Notes: generated by a model from the letters alone, not told the origin. Numbered from the stretch's first letter, positions 28,345 to 37,974 are shown. The stretch is DNA of 64,000 nt from Burkholderiales bacterium (GCA_016790695.1 JAEUOS010000001.1:822-64821); one strand, 5' to 3'. Program-made: numbers and translations.

Positions 28345-28803
28345 ATGGACCAGACCGACACCCGGCGCCGCGACTTCATCGCCGCCGCCATCGCCGCCGG
28401 CGGCACGCTTGCCGCCTCGAAGGACGCCGCCGCCCAGGCCCCGGCCGGCGGCCGCGTCACCGCCCACATCCTCGACCTCTACTTCGGCACCCCCGCGAGC
28501 GGGCTCCGGCTCGACTTCTATGCCGTCGGCAGCGCCGGCCAGACCCTGATCAAGTCGACCGTGACCAACGCCGACGGGCGCCCGCCCGAGGGGCCGCTGG
28601 TGCAGCCGGCCGACATGAAGGCCGGGCGCTACCGCATCGACGTGCACGTCGGCGACTACTACAAGAAGGCCGGCGCCAAACTGCCGGGCGGCTACCACAC
28701 GCGCCTGTCGATGGAGTTCGACATCTACGACCCGAAGCAGCCGCACCACCTGCCGTTCCAGATCACGCCCTGGACGCAGTCGTCGTCGGTGCTGCCCGGC
28801 TGA
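28345..28803 (+). CDS. Divergent transthyretin-like protein with twin-arginine signal peptide (lacks the C-terminal YRGS)
   Basis: TRRRDFIAAAIAAGGTLA Tat motif. HILD...GTPASG and HHLPF are conserved, but the C-terminus is ...SSSVLPG instead of YRGS. Confidence 0.75.
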   Translation: MDQTDTRRRDFIAAAIAAGGTLAASKDAAAQAPAGGRVTAHILDLYFGTPASGLRLDFYAVGSAGQTLIKSTVTNADGRPPEGPLVQPADMKAGRYRIDVHVGDYYKKAGAKLPGGYHTRLSMEFDIYDPKQPHHLPFQITPWTQSSSVLPG

Positions 28804-28837
28804 CCCCACCCCACCCTCGCGATCGAAAGGATCCACC

Positions 28838-29836
28838 ATGCCCTCCCCCCTCAAGGCCCTCGCCGCCGGCCTCGCCGCGGCACTCGCCTTCGCCCACGCC
28901 GGCGCGCAGGCGCAGGACAAGATCCGGCTCGCCGGCAACTTCGAGACCGCGCATTCGTCCAGCGTCGCCATGGAACAGGTGTTCAAGGCCGAGCTGGCCA
29001 AGCTGACCAGGAACCAGTTGCAGGTCGACATCTTCCCCGCCATGCAGCTCGGCGGCGCCAAGGAGAACGTCGACGCCGTGCGCGCCGGCTCGCTGCTCAT
29101 GACCTGGGTCGGCGCGGCCTACCTGTCGCGCATCATCCCCGAGCTCGAGGCGGTCAGCCTGCCCTTCCTGTTCCCGAGCCGCGAGGCGGCGTTCCGCGTC
29201 ATGGACGGCAACGTCGGCAAGCTGATCGACCAGAAGATGGCCGACAAGAACTTCACCGTGCTCGGCTGGATGGAGCTGGGTTCGCGCAACATCACCAACA
29301 ACAAGAAGCCGATCCGCAGCATCGAGGACCTGAAGGGCCTGAAGATCCGCCTGCAGCCCAACGAGACCCATCTCGCGACCTTCCGCGCGCTCGGCGCCAA
29401 CGCGGTGGCGATGGACGTCAAGGAGCTGTACTCGGCGCTCGAGCAGAAGGTGCTCGACGGCCAGGAGAACCCGTTTCCGATCATCCGCGCCGCGCGCTAC
29501 ATGGAGGTGCAGAAGTACCTCTCCAACAGCGGGCACTTCTTCGACTTCATCGTCATCGTCGCCAACAAGAAGTCCTTCGAGGGCCTGAAGCCCGACTACC
29601 AGAAGGCGATCCGCGAGGCGATGGCGGCGACCGTCGCCGCGCAGCGCGCGAGCGCCGCGAAGGCCGACGCCGACGCGCTCGAGGAGCTCAAGAAGCGCAT
29701 GGAGTACACCGAGCTCTCGCCGCAGGTGCGCGAGGCGATGCGCAAGGCCACGGCCGGCGTGATCGACGACGTGAAGAAGCGCGCCGGCGCGGCGCTGGTC
29801 GACAGCGTGCTCGCCGAGGTGGCGAAGTCGCGCTAG
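28838..29836 (+). CDS. dctP: TRAP transporter substrate-binding protein (DctP family), system 1
   Basis: 332 aa. Signal peptide, DctP-family length and motifs (GGAKENVDAVRAGSL, LKGLKIR). Confidence 0.88.
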   Translation: MPSPLKALAAGLAAALAFAHAGAQAQDKIRLAGNFETAHSSSVAMEQVFKAELAKLTRNQLQVDIFPAMQLGGAKENVDAVRAGSLLMTWVGAAYLSRIIPELEAVSLPFLFPSREAAFRVMDGNVGKLIDQKMADKNFTVLGWMELGSRNITNNKKPIRSIEDLKGLKIRLQPNETHLATFRALGANAVAMDVKELYSALEQKVLDGQENPFPIIRAARYMEVQKYLSNSGHFFDFIVIVANKKSFEGLKPDYQKAIREAMAATVAAQRASAAKADADALEELKKRMEYTELSPQVREAMRKATAGVIDDVKKRAGAALVDSVLAEVAKSR

Positions 29837-29855
29837 ACGCGCCCAGGCACGGGAG

Positions 29856-30347
29856 ATGGCGATGTTCAAGTCGATGCTCGACGGGTTCGACCGGCTGGTC
29901 TGCTGGACCATCATGCTGGCGATGGCCCTGATGGTGGCCGTGGTGTCGGCGCAGGTGCTGCTGCGCTACGGCTTCAATTCCTCGTTCGACTGGGCCGACG
30001 ACGTCGGCCGCCTGCTGTTCGTCGCCTCGGTGTTCCTCGCCATCCCGATCGGCGTCAAGCACAGCGCGCACATCAGCATCGAGCTGCTGGTGGCGCGCCT
30101 GCCCGCGTCCGTGCGCGGCGGGCTGGCGCGCCTCGTCGCCCTGCTCTCGGCGGCGATGATGGCGCTGATCTGCTGGTACGGCGTGCGCGTCGCGGCCGAG
30201 CAGTGGACCGAGATGCTGCCGACGGTCGAGCTGACCGTCGCCAGCTTCCTGATCCCGGTGATCGTCGGCGCCGCGCACAGCGCGATCCATCTCGCGCGCA
30301 TCGTCGTGGCCGGTCCGCCCGCGAGCGCGGGCCTGGCCGCCGAATGA
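29856..30347 (+). CDS. dctQ: TRAP transporter small permease (DctQ family), system 1
   Basis: 163 aa, four hydrophobic segments. Lies between the DctP and DctM genes. Confidence 0.85.
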   Translation: MAMFKSMLDGFDRLVCWTIMLAMALMVAVVSAQVLLRYGFNSSFDWADDVGRLLFVASVFLAIPIGVKHSAHISIELLVARLPASVRGGLARLVALLSAAMMALICWYGVRVAAEQWTEMLPTVELTVASFLIPVIVGAAHSAIHLARIVVAGPPASAGLAAE

Positions 30348-30357
30348 GGAGACCGCG

Positions 30358-31644
30358 ATGAGCCTCGGCATCTTCCTCGGCTTCCTGCTGCTCGGGGTGA
30401 TCGGCATGCCGATCGCCTTCTCGCTGGGCTTTGCGGCCATGGTCGCGCTCGCGTTCTCGGACGTCGGGCTCGCGATCATCCCGCAGCGCATGATGCACGC
30501 GGTCAATTCGTTCCCCCTGATGTCGATCCCGTTCTTCATCCTGGCCGGCGAGCTGATGGTCAAGGCCGGCATCGTCGAGCGCCTGATCGAGCTCGCCAAC
30601 GCGGTGGTCGGGCGGGTGCGCGGCGGCCTCGCGCACGTGACCATGCTCTCCGGCGCCGGCCTGGCCACGGTCTCGGGCGCGGCGGTTTCCGACGCCAGCG
30701 CGCTGTCGACCATCCTCGGCCCGTCGCTCACGCGCGCCTACGACAAGCCGTTCGCCTCGGCGATCATCGCCGCGGCCGGCAACCTGGGCCCGATCATCCC
30801 GCCTTCGGGCGCGATGATCGTCTACGCGTTCATGGCCGGGCCCTCGGTCTCGGTCGGCGGCATGTTCATGGCCGGCGTCGTGCCCGGCATCCTGATCACC
30901 ACCGGCTTCATGCTGCTGTGCACCTGGTACGTCGGGCGCCGCGGCTACCCCGCGACCGGCGACGCGTTCAGCTTCCGCAACGTGTTCGTGCAATTGCGCC
31001 GCTCGTTCATCATCTTCATGATGCCGGTGGTGGTGATCGGCGGCATCGTCGGCGGCGCCTTCACCGCGACCGAAGGCTCGGCGATCGCGGTGGTCTACGC
31101 GCTCGTCATCGGGTTCGCCGTCACCCGCCGCCTCAGGCTGGCGGACCTGCCCGAGATCCTGCTGCGTTCGGCGATCACCACCGCGATGGTCGGCGCGCTG
31201 ATCGCCTTCGCCTCGGTCGTCACCTACATCCTCACCGTCGACCTGCTGCCGCAGCAGCTCGCGACGCTGGTCAAGTCGATCACCTCGAGCCCGCTCGGCT
31301 ACATGGCGCTGGTGGCGGTGCTGCTGTTCGTGGTCGGCATGTTCCTCGAGTCGAATGCGGCCTACATCATGCTGGTGCCGCTGCTGCACCCGATCGCGCT
31401 GCAGTACGGCATCGACCCGCTGCACTTCGGCTTCCTGTTCGTGCTCAACCTGGTGATCGGCATGCTCACCCCGCCGGTCGGCGTGGTGCTGTTCGTGGTG
31501 TGCGGGATCAACAAGATCTCGATGCGCGAGATCGTGGTCGCGCTGTGGCCGTTCATCACCCTGATGTACGGCGTGCTCGTGCTGTGCATGCTGTTCCCGC
31601 CGGTGGTCACCTGGCTGCCGCGCCTGCTCGGGTACGGCGCATGA
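30358..31644 (+). CDS. dctM: TRAP transporter large permease (DctM family), system 1
   Basis: 428-aa polytopic membrane protein with DctM-type sequence (SIPFFILAGELM). Confidence 0.9.
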   Translation: MSLGIFLGFLLLGVIGMPIAFSLGFAAMVALAFSDVGLAIIPQRMMHAVNSFPLMSIPFFILAGELMVKAGIVERLIELANAVVGRVRGGLAHVTMLSGAGLATVSGAAVSDASALSTILGPSLTRAYDKPFASAIIAAAGNLGPIIPPSGAMIVYAFMAGPSVSVGGMFMAGVVPGILITTGFMLLCTWYVGRRGYPATGDAFSFRNVFVQLRRSFIIFMMPVVVIGGIVGGAFTATEGSAIAVVYALVIGFAVTRRLRLADLPEILLRSAITTAMVGALIAFASVVTYILTVDLLPQQLATLVKSITSSPLGYMALVAVLLFVVGMFLESNAAYIMLVPLLHPIALQYGIDPLHFGFLFVLNLVIGMLTPPVGVVLFVVCGINKISMREIVVALWPFITLMYGVLVLCMLFPPVVTWLPRLLGYGA

Positions 31645-31714
31645 TTCGTCCGTCGGGCACCCCCGTCGCCGGCGCGGCTCGCGCCCTGTCGGCCCGCGGC
31701 GAGGCGGGGCACGC

Positions 31715-32443
31715 ATGAGCGCCGACGCCCTGCGCCTGGGGATGATCCTGCCGTCGTCGAACACCGTCGTCGAGCCGGTCGCCTGCGAGATGGTCGCCGC
31801 GCTGGCCCCGACGCTGCCGGCGAGCGTGCACTTCTCGCGCTTCGCGCTCACCGCGGTGCAGGTGGCCGACCCGGCCGCCGCCTACTACGACTCGGGCGCC
31901 CTGCTGGGCGCCGCACGCCTGCTCGCCGACGCGCGCTGCCACGCGATCTGCTGGAACGGCAGCGCCGGCGGCCTGGTCGGCTTCGCGCGCGACCGCCGCC
32001 TGTGCGACGAGATCCGCGCGGCGACCGGCAGCGCCGCCACCACCTCCAGCCTCGCCATCCTCGATGCCCTGCGCGCGGCGCGCGCGCGCACCTTCGGGCT
32101 GGTGACGCTCAACCCGCCGGCGATGAACCGCACCATCCTGGCGAGCTTCGCGGCCGAGGGCTTCACCGGCATCGCCTCGACCGACCGCGACGACATCGCC
32201 GACAACTTCGCGATGGCCGCGGTCGGCGCCGCGGAGATCGCCGCCGCCGTGCGCCGCTGCGCGCGCGACCGTCCCGACGCGGTCGTCATCTACGGCACCA
32301 ACACGCGCGGCGCCGCGCTCGCCGGCCCGCTCTCGCGCGAGCTCGGGCTGCCGGTGCTCGATTCGGTCGCGATGGGCGTGATCGGCGCGGTGCGCGTGGC
32401 CGGGCGCGACGCGGCGGCCCTCGCCCGCTGGCTGCCGCCGTAG
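31715..32443 (+). CDS. Maleate isomerase / arylmalonate decarboxylase-like protein (Asp/Glu racemase superfamily), second copy
   Basis: 242 aa. LGMILPSSNTVVEP N-terminal motif parallels the 22974..23717 product. Confidence 0.75.
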   Translation: MSADALRLGMILPSSNTVVEPVACEMVAALAPTLPASVHFSRFALTAVQVADPAAAYYDSGALLGAARLLADARCHAICWNGSAGGLVGFARDRRLCDEIRAATGSAATTSSLAILDALRAARARTFGLVTLNPPAMNRTILASFAAEGFTGIASTDRDDIADNFAMAAVGAAEIAAAVRRCARDRPDAVVIYGTNTRGAALAGPLSRELGLPVLDSVAMGVIGAVRVAGRDAAALARWLPP

Positions 32444-32520
32444 ACCGGCACCGCGCATGTTCTAATGACCGATTCCGAACGCCTTCCGCCTTCCGCCAAC
32501 CCGCCCCCAGGAGCCATGCC

Positions 32521-33561
32521 ATGCGATTGATGCCACTCGTACTCACCGCCGCCGCGCTCGCCGCCGCGCTGCCGGCAGCCGCGCAGGAGAAGATCAAGCT
32601 GCGCGTCATGGGCATGCCGCTCTCGACCGGCATGATCCACAAGAACAAGGAACAGCCGTTCTTCGAGACCCTGGCCGCGAAGACGGGCCTGCCGCTCGAC
32701 GTCGACTACAAGCCGCTCGATTCCACCGGCGTCAAGGAGTTCGAGCAGCTGCGGGTGATGAAGACCGGCATCTACGACATCGTCGGGCTGCGCATGGGCC
32801 AGGTCTCACGCGACGAGCCGACCATCCTCGGCCTCGATCTCGTCGGCCTGAACACCGACTACAAGACCGCGAAGAAGGTCGTCGGCGCCTACCAGAGCTT
32901 CGTCGACCTGCGCCTGCAGGAGCAGTTCAACCTGAAGCTGCTCGGGGTCTGGCCGTTCGGCCCGCAGGTGATCTTCTGCAAGCCCCCGATCAAGGACCTC
33001 GCGAGCCTCAAGGGAATGAAGGTGCGCATCCTCGACGGCGTGATGGCCAAGTTCATGGAGCGCGTCGGCGCCACCCCGGTGACGATGGCCTTCGGCGAGG
33101 TCGCGCAGGGCCTGAAGCTCGGCACCATCGACTGCGCCGTCACCGGCCCGTCGTCGGCCAATTCGGCCGGCTGGCCCGAAACCGCCACCCACATGTACGT
33201 GCTCGGCCTGCAGGTGGCGGTGCAGGGCTACGCGATCAACATGAACTCCTGGAAGAAGATGTCGTCCGACCAGCAGATCAAGCTGCGCGGCGCCATCGAG
33301 GGGCTCACCGACGACATCTGGAAGTACTCGGAGGAGCTGTGGAGCGACGGCGTGCGCTGCAACACCGGCCAGGAGCCCTGCACCACCGGCAAGAAGTTCA
33401 AGATGACCCTGGTCAAGCCCACCCCGAAGGACGTCGCCTTCGTGCAGAACGCGGTGAAGGACATCTCGCTGCCGGCCTGGGCCGAGGCCTGCGACAAGGT
33501 CAATCCGAACTGCTCGGCGAACTGGAAGAAGACCGTCGGCCCGATCATCGGCATCAAGTGA
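32521..33561 (+). CDS. TRAP transporter substrate-binding protein, system 2
   Basis: Signal MRLMPLVLTAAALAAALPAAAQ. 346 aa, immediately upstream of DctQ/DctM-type genes. Cys-rich C-terminal third (four Cys). Confidence 0.82.
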   Translation: MRLMPLVLTAAALAAALPAAAQEKIKLRVMGMPLSTGMIHKNKEQPFFETLAAKTGLPLDVDYKPLDSTGVKEFEQLRVMKTGIYDIVGLRMGQVSRDEPTILGLDLVGLNTDYKTAKKVVGAYQSFVDLRLQEQFNLKLLGVWPFGPQVIFCKPPIKDLASLKGMKVRILDGVMAKFMERVGATPVTMAFGEVAQGLKLGTIDCAVTGPSSANSAGWPETATHMYVLGLQVAVQGYAINMNSWKKMSSDQQIKLRGAIEGLTDDIWKYSEELWSDGVRCNTGQEPCTTGKKFKMTLVKPTPKDVAFVQNAVKDISLPAWAEACDKVNPNCSANWKKTVGPIIGIK

Positions 33562-33607
33562 CACCGCGCCCGGGCGGCGCCGCGCCGCCCGGGCGTCAGG
33601 AGACCGC

Positions 33608-34186
33608 ATGAAACGTCTCGAGCAGGTCGCCGCCACGCTGTTCGGCGCGGTGTTCCTCATCCTCTCCTTCGCCGTCGCGCTGGAAACCTTCATGCGCAAG
33701 GTGTTCAACGTCTCGCTGCAGGGCGTCGACGAGCTCGGCGGCTACATCCTGGCCGTCGGCGCGTCGCTCGCATTCACCCTGGCGCTGATCTCGCGCGCGC
33801 ACATCCGCATCGACCTCGTGCACGACCGTCTCGCGCGCGCGCCGCGCCTGGCGCTGAACGTGATCGCGGTCCTGTTCATCACCGCCACCGCCGCGTTCAT
33901 GCTGGCGATGGCCTACTACAGCCTGCGCGACTCGATCGCCCTCAACAGCACCGCGCAGACGCCGTGGGCGACGCCGATCAAGTACCCGCAGATGGTGTGG
34001 ATCGCCTGCCTCGGCCTGTTCGCGGCGGTCTCCGCGGGCTACGGCCTGCGCGTCCTGCTGCTGGCGGCGAGCGGCCGCAGCGCGGAGATCGAGGCGCGCT
34101 ATTCCCCCAAGGGCGCGAAGGAGGAACTGCAGGAAGAGCTCGATGACGTGCGCGCGCGCGGCGCGGCCGGCGGGAGCGCGCCATGA
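33608..34186 (+). CDS. TRAP transporter small permease, system 2
   Basis: 192 aa, four hydrophobic segments. AGGAG RBS. 4-nt overlap with the large permease gene. Confidence 0.85.
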   Translation: MKRLEQVAATLFGAVFLILSFAVALETFMRKVFNVSLQGVDELGGYILAVGASLAFTLALISRAHIRIDLVHDRLARAPRLALNVIAVLFITATAAFMLAMAYYSLRDSIALNSTAQTPWATPIKYPQMVWIACLGLFAAVSAGYGLRVLLLAASGRSAEIEARYSPKGAKEELQEELDDVRARGAAGGSAP

Positions 34187-35478
34187 GCATGGTCGCGGTG
34201 GGCATGACCAGCTTCGTGGTCATGGTCGGGCTGATGCTCCTCGGCATGCCGATCGCCGCGGTGATGATGCTGCTCGCGGTGGCGGGCGGCATGGCCGCCT
34301 TCGGCGAGGCGTTCCTGATCTCCGCGGCCTCGGTGCTGTGGGGCACGATGAGCGAGAACGGCCTGACCGCGATCCCGCTGTTCGTCCTCCTGGGCGAGCT
34401 GCTGCTGCGCAGCGGCATGGCGGACCGCATGTACCAGGCCTTCGCGGCCTGGCTCGGCCGCCTGCCCGGCGGCCTGCTGCACACCAACATCGGCTGCTGC
34501 GCGCTGTTCGCCGCCACCTCGGGATCGTCGGTCGCCACCGCGGCGACCATCGGCACGGTGGCGCTGCCCTCGCTGCAGCGCCACGGCTACCCGATGAAGG
34601 AGGCGCTCGGCAGCCTGGCCGCGGGCGGCACGCTGGGAATCCTGATCCCGCCGTCGGTGAACATGATCATCTACGGCTCGATGACCAACAATTCGGTCGG
34701 CAAGCTGTTCATCGCCGGCATCCTGCCGGGGCTGCTCCTCACGGGCCTGTTCATGCTCTGGATCTTCATCATGGCCAAGGCCACCGGCATGGCGGTCAGG
34801 CACGAGCCGGTGCCGCTCGGCGAGCGCTTCCGCGTCCTGGGCGGGGTGATCCAGCCGCTGATCATCTTCGCCATCGTCATGGGCAGCCTGTACTTCGGCA
34901 TCGCCACGGCGACCGAGTCCGCGGCCATCGGCGTCGTGGTGGCGGTGGTGTTCATCGCCTTCTCCGGCCGGCTCACGCCCGCGCTGCTGCAGGGCTGCTT
35001 CCTGTCGTCCGCACGCACCACCGGCATGATCCTGCTCATCACGACCGCGGCCTTCGTGCTCAACCTCGCGCTCAGCCTGACGGGCATCGGCGAGGCGCTC
35101 ACCAAGTGGGTCACCGGCTTCGGCCTGTCCAAGACCGCGCTGCTGCTCGCGCTGATCCTGTTCTACCTGCTGCTGGGCATGTTCATGGACACGCTGTCGA
35201 TGATGGTGGCGACGATTCCGCTGACCTACCCGATCGTCACCGCCGTCGGCGTGGACCCGATCTGGTTCGGCATCTTCATCGTCATCATGTGCGAACTCGG
35301 CCTCATCACCCCGCCGGTGGGCATGAACCTGTTCGTGGTCCAGGGCATCCGGCCCGACCGCGGCAGCGTCGGCGACGTGATCCGCGGCGCGTTGCCCTAC
35401 GCGGTGATCATGATCCTGTTCACCTTCATCCTGATGGCGTTCCCCGGGATCGTCACGTTCCTGCCGGAGAACATGTAG
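34183..35478 (+). CDS. TRAP transporter large permease, system 2
   Basis: 431-aa polytopic protein, DctM-type (AIPLFVLLGELLL). Confidence 0.9.
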   Translation: MSMVAVGMTSFVVMVGLMLLGMPIAAVMMLLAVAGGMAAFGEAFLISAASVLWGTMSENGLTAIPLFVLLGELLLRSGMADRMYQAFAAWLGRLPGGLLHTNIGCCALFAATSGSSVATAATIGTVALPSLQRHGYPMKEALGSLAAGGTLGILIPPSVNMIIYGSMTNNSVGKLFIAGILPGLLLTGLFMLWIFIMAKATGMAVRHEPVPLGERFRVLGGVIQPLIIFAIVMGSLYFGIATATESAAIGVVVAVVFIAFSGRLTPALLQGCFLSSARTTGMILLITTAAFVLNLALSLTGIGEALTKWVTGFGLSKTALLLALILFYLLLGMFMDTLSMMVATIPLTYPIVTAVGVDPIWFGIFIVIMCELGLITPPVGMNLFVVQGIRPDRGSVGDVIRGALPYAVIMILFTFILMAFPGIVTFLPENM

Positions 35479-37042
35479 CGACGGCGGCCGCGAACTCGCC
35501 GACGAGGGCGGCGATCGCCGTCGGCGTCGCCGCCACGCCGTAGACGTAGTGGTCCGGCCGCACCAGCGCGGCGGCGGCTTCGTGGCGCGCGAACCAGGCG
35601 GCGGCGATGCCGTCCTGCTCCGCGGCGTCGATCACGCCCGCGGCGCGCACACCGGGCGGTGCGCCGAACCGCACCACCCCGAGGCCGGCCGCGGCGGCAG
35701 GGCCAAGGACCGCCGCCGCGTCGACGTCGCCGCGCAGCATCAGCCGCGCGCCGGCGCCGGCGACGTCGTCGAGCAGTGCCGTGGCGCCCGCATGCGCGAT
35801 CCGCGGCTGCGGAAACAGCGTGCCGTTGGCCGGATGCGCGCGCGCCGACAGCAGGCCGCATTCCAGCGGCGGAATCAGGTCCTGGCGCGGCACGCTCCTG
35901 ACCGTCCCGCCCGCGGCGGCGATCAGGTCGGCGTCGCGCCGGCGCGCGCGCACCGGATCGCGTTCGCAGATCGTCTCGCCGATGTGCTTGATGGTCGTCG
36001 TGAGGCGCCGCACGTGGGCGGCGCGCTCGTCGCCGTAGGTGTCGAGCAGCGCGTCGCCGGCGCGCCCGCGCAGCACCGCGTCCAGCTTCCAGCCGAGGTT
36101 GGCGACGTCGCGCACGCCCTGGCACATGCCCTGGCCCAGGAACGGCGGCTGCTGGTGCGCCGCGTCGCCGGCCAGGAACACCCGGCCCGCGCGCCAGCGC
36201 GACGCGACCAGCGCATGGAAGCGGTAGCTCGCGCGGCGCCACAGCCGCCCTTCCTCCGGCGCGATCCAGCGCGACAGGAGCTTCCAGACCTGCGCGTCCT
36301 GCTCCATCGCGGCGGGATCCTCGCCGGGCAGCAGCATGATCTCCCAGCGCCGATGGTTGCCGGTGCCGATCAGGTAGGTGGTCGGGCGCGCGGGCTCGCA
36401 GAACTGCGCGCTGGTCGGCGGCAGGCGCGCGCCGTCGCCTTGGTTCACGAGCACGTCGACGACCAGCCAGGGTTCGTCGAAGCCGAGGTCGTCGTGCGCG
36501 ATGCCGAGCTGGCGGCGCACGGTCGAGCTCGCGCCGTCGCAGCCGATCAGGTAGCGCGCCGTCGCGCGGCGCGCCGCGCCGTCGGCCGCGCGGTAGCGGA
36601 CCGCCACCGCGCCTGCCTCCTCGTCCCCCGCCTCCTCGTCGAATTCCAGCAGTTCGCAGCCCAGCGCGAGATCGACGCCCTTCTGCGCGCGCACCTGCAC
36701 GCGCAGCGCCTCCTCGATCGGCGGCTGCAGGAACACCACCGACGGCGTCCAGCCGAGCGGATACGGCGGATCGACCATCGTGAGCCGCCGGATCAGCTGC
36801 CCGTCGACGCCGTAGTGTTCCGAGGCGGAGAACGGGGCGATGTGCGGCAACATCGCCTCGATCGCGCCGAGGTTCTGGTAGACGCGCAGGATCTCGTGGT
36901 CCATCGCGAACGCGCGCGGCCTGTCGTACACCGCCGTCAGGCGGTCGATCACCAGCACGCGGTGGCCGAGCCGCCCGAGCAGCAGCGCGGCGGTGGCCCC
37001 GGCGGGGCCGTAGCCCGCGATGGCGACGTCGTAGTCGGCCAT
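35453..37042 (-). CDS. FAD-dependent aromatic hydroxylase (MhpA-like 3-(3-hydroxyphenyl)propionate hydroxylase family)
   Basis: MADYDVAIAGYGPAGATAALLL (GxGxxG) and GDAAHQQPPFLGQGMCQGVRD. This is the only credible part of the 35453..39004 track ORF. Its 3' end overlaps the convergent TRAP gene by 26 nt. Confidence 0.85.
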   Translation of the reverse strand: MADYDVAIAGYGPAGATAALLLGRLGHRVLVIDRLTAVYDRPRAFAMDHEILRVYQNLGAIEAMLPHIAPFSASEHYGVDGQLIRRLTMVDPPYPLGWTPSVVFLQPPIEEALRVQVRAQKGVDLALGCELLEFDEEAGDEEAGAVAVRYRAADGAARRATARYLIGCDGASSTVRRQLGIAHDDLGFDEPWLVVDVLVNQGDGARLPPTSAQFCEPARPTTYLIGTGNHRRWEIMLLPGEDPAAMEQDAQVWKLLSRWIAPEEGRLWRRASYRFHALVASRWRAGRVFLAGDAAHQQPPFLGQGMCQGVRDVANLGWKLDAVLRGRAGDALLDTYGDERAAHVRRLTTTIKHIGETICERDPVRARRRDADLIAAAGGTVRSVPRQDLIPPLECGLLSARAHPANGTLFPQPRIAHAGATALLDDVAGAGARLMLRGDVDAAAVLGPAAAAGLGVVRFGAPPGVRAAGVIDAAEQDGIAAAWFARHEAAAALVRPDHYVYGVAATPTAIAALVGEFAAAVATCSPAGT

Positions 37043-37947
37043 CAGGCGGTCCACTGCGCCGCGAAGCCGATCGCGCGCTGCGCCGCCTTGAGCTCGGGCG
37101 TCGGCCCGACCGCGATGCCCCACTGGTCGATGCGCCCGGGCGGCCATTTCCAGTCCTCGGGGCGGCCGACGCGGTAGCTGTCGTCGACCGTCGACACTTC
37201 GGCGGTGTACTCGATCGGGAAGCCGAACGGCCCGAGGAAATAGTTGAACAGGTTGTTGCCGGGTCCGTGGCGTCCCGGCCCCCAATGGATCGGGTAGCCG
37301 GCGTCCTTCATGCGCCCGCCGCCGCGCATGACGTCGTCGAGGCCCGGCATGACGAAGGCGATGTGGTTCAGGCAGTCGTTGTCGGCGTCGGCCAGCGCGA
37401 TGCTGTGGTGGTCGGTGTTGCAGCGCATGAAGGCCATGATGCGCGTGCGGTCCGAGAGCTTCATGCCGAGGGCGCCCTCGTAGAAGGCCTGGGCCGCGGC
37501 GACGTCGCGGCTGTTGACGACCACGTGCGCGAGGCGCTCGGGGCGGTCGCGCGCCGGCCCGGCGTCGGCATGGCGCGCGCCGTCGCTGACCGCGCGCAGG
37601 ATGCGGCCTTGGGGATCGCGAAAGACGACACCGTAGCCGCCGGCCGGATCCGCCTGCGGCGCCGGGGCGCGCAGGACGGTGCCGCCGTTCGCCGGCACGC
37701 GCTCGGCCAGCGCATCGACGGCCGCGCGCGACGGCGCGCCGAGGGTGATCGCGAGCACCACCGGTTGCGGCGACTGCTCCACCGACAGCAGGTGGTGGTC
37801 GGCGCCGCTGCCGCGCAGGTAGACCGCGCGCGCGTCGCGCGCGACCTCGGCGAGGTGCCAGGTGTCGACGTAGAAGCGCACGGCGGCGGCGACATCGGGA
37901 ACGCCGATGGCGACGCTGCGCAAACCGTTGACCAGGGGTGTGCTCAT
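37042..37947 (-). CDS. Type I extradiol ring-cleavage dioxygenase (VOC/glyoxalase-fold, two-domain)
   Basis: 301 aa with two VOC modules. The C-terminal module has HIAFV and ...IEY metal-ligand context as in catechol/dihydroxybiphenyl 2,3-dioxygenases. Confidence 0.82.
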   Translation of the reverse strand: MSTPLVNGLRSVAIGVPDVAAAVRFYVDTWHLAEVARDARAVYLRGSGADHHLLSVEQSPQPVVLAITLGAPSRAAVDALAERVPANGGTVLRAPAPQADPAGGYGVVFRDPQGRILRAVSDGARHADAGPARDRPERLAHVVVNSRDVAAAQAFYEGALGMKLSDRTRIMAFMRCNTDHHSIALADADNDCLNHIAFVMPGLDDVMRGGGRMKDAGYPIHWGPGRHGPGNNLFNYFLGPFGFPIEYTAEVSTVDDSYRVGRPEDWKWPPGRIDQWGIAVGPTPELKAAQRAIGFAAQWTA

Positions 37948-37974
37948 GCTGTTGCTCCTCTTGCGGTGGCTTGG

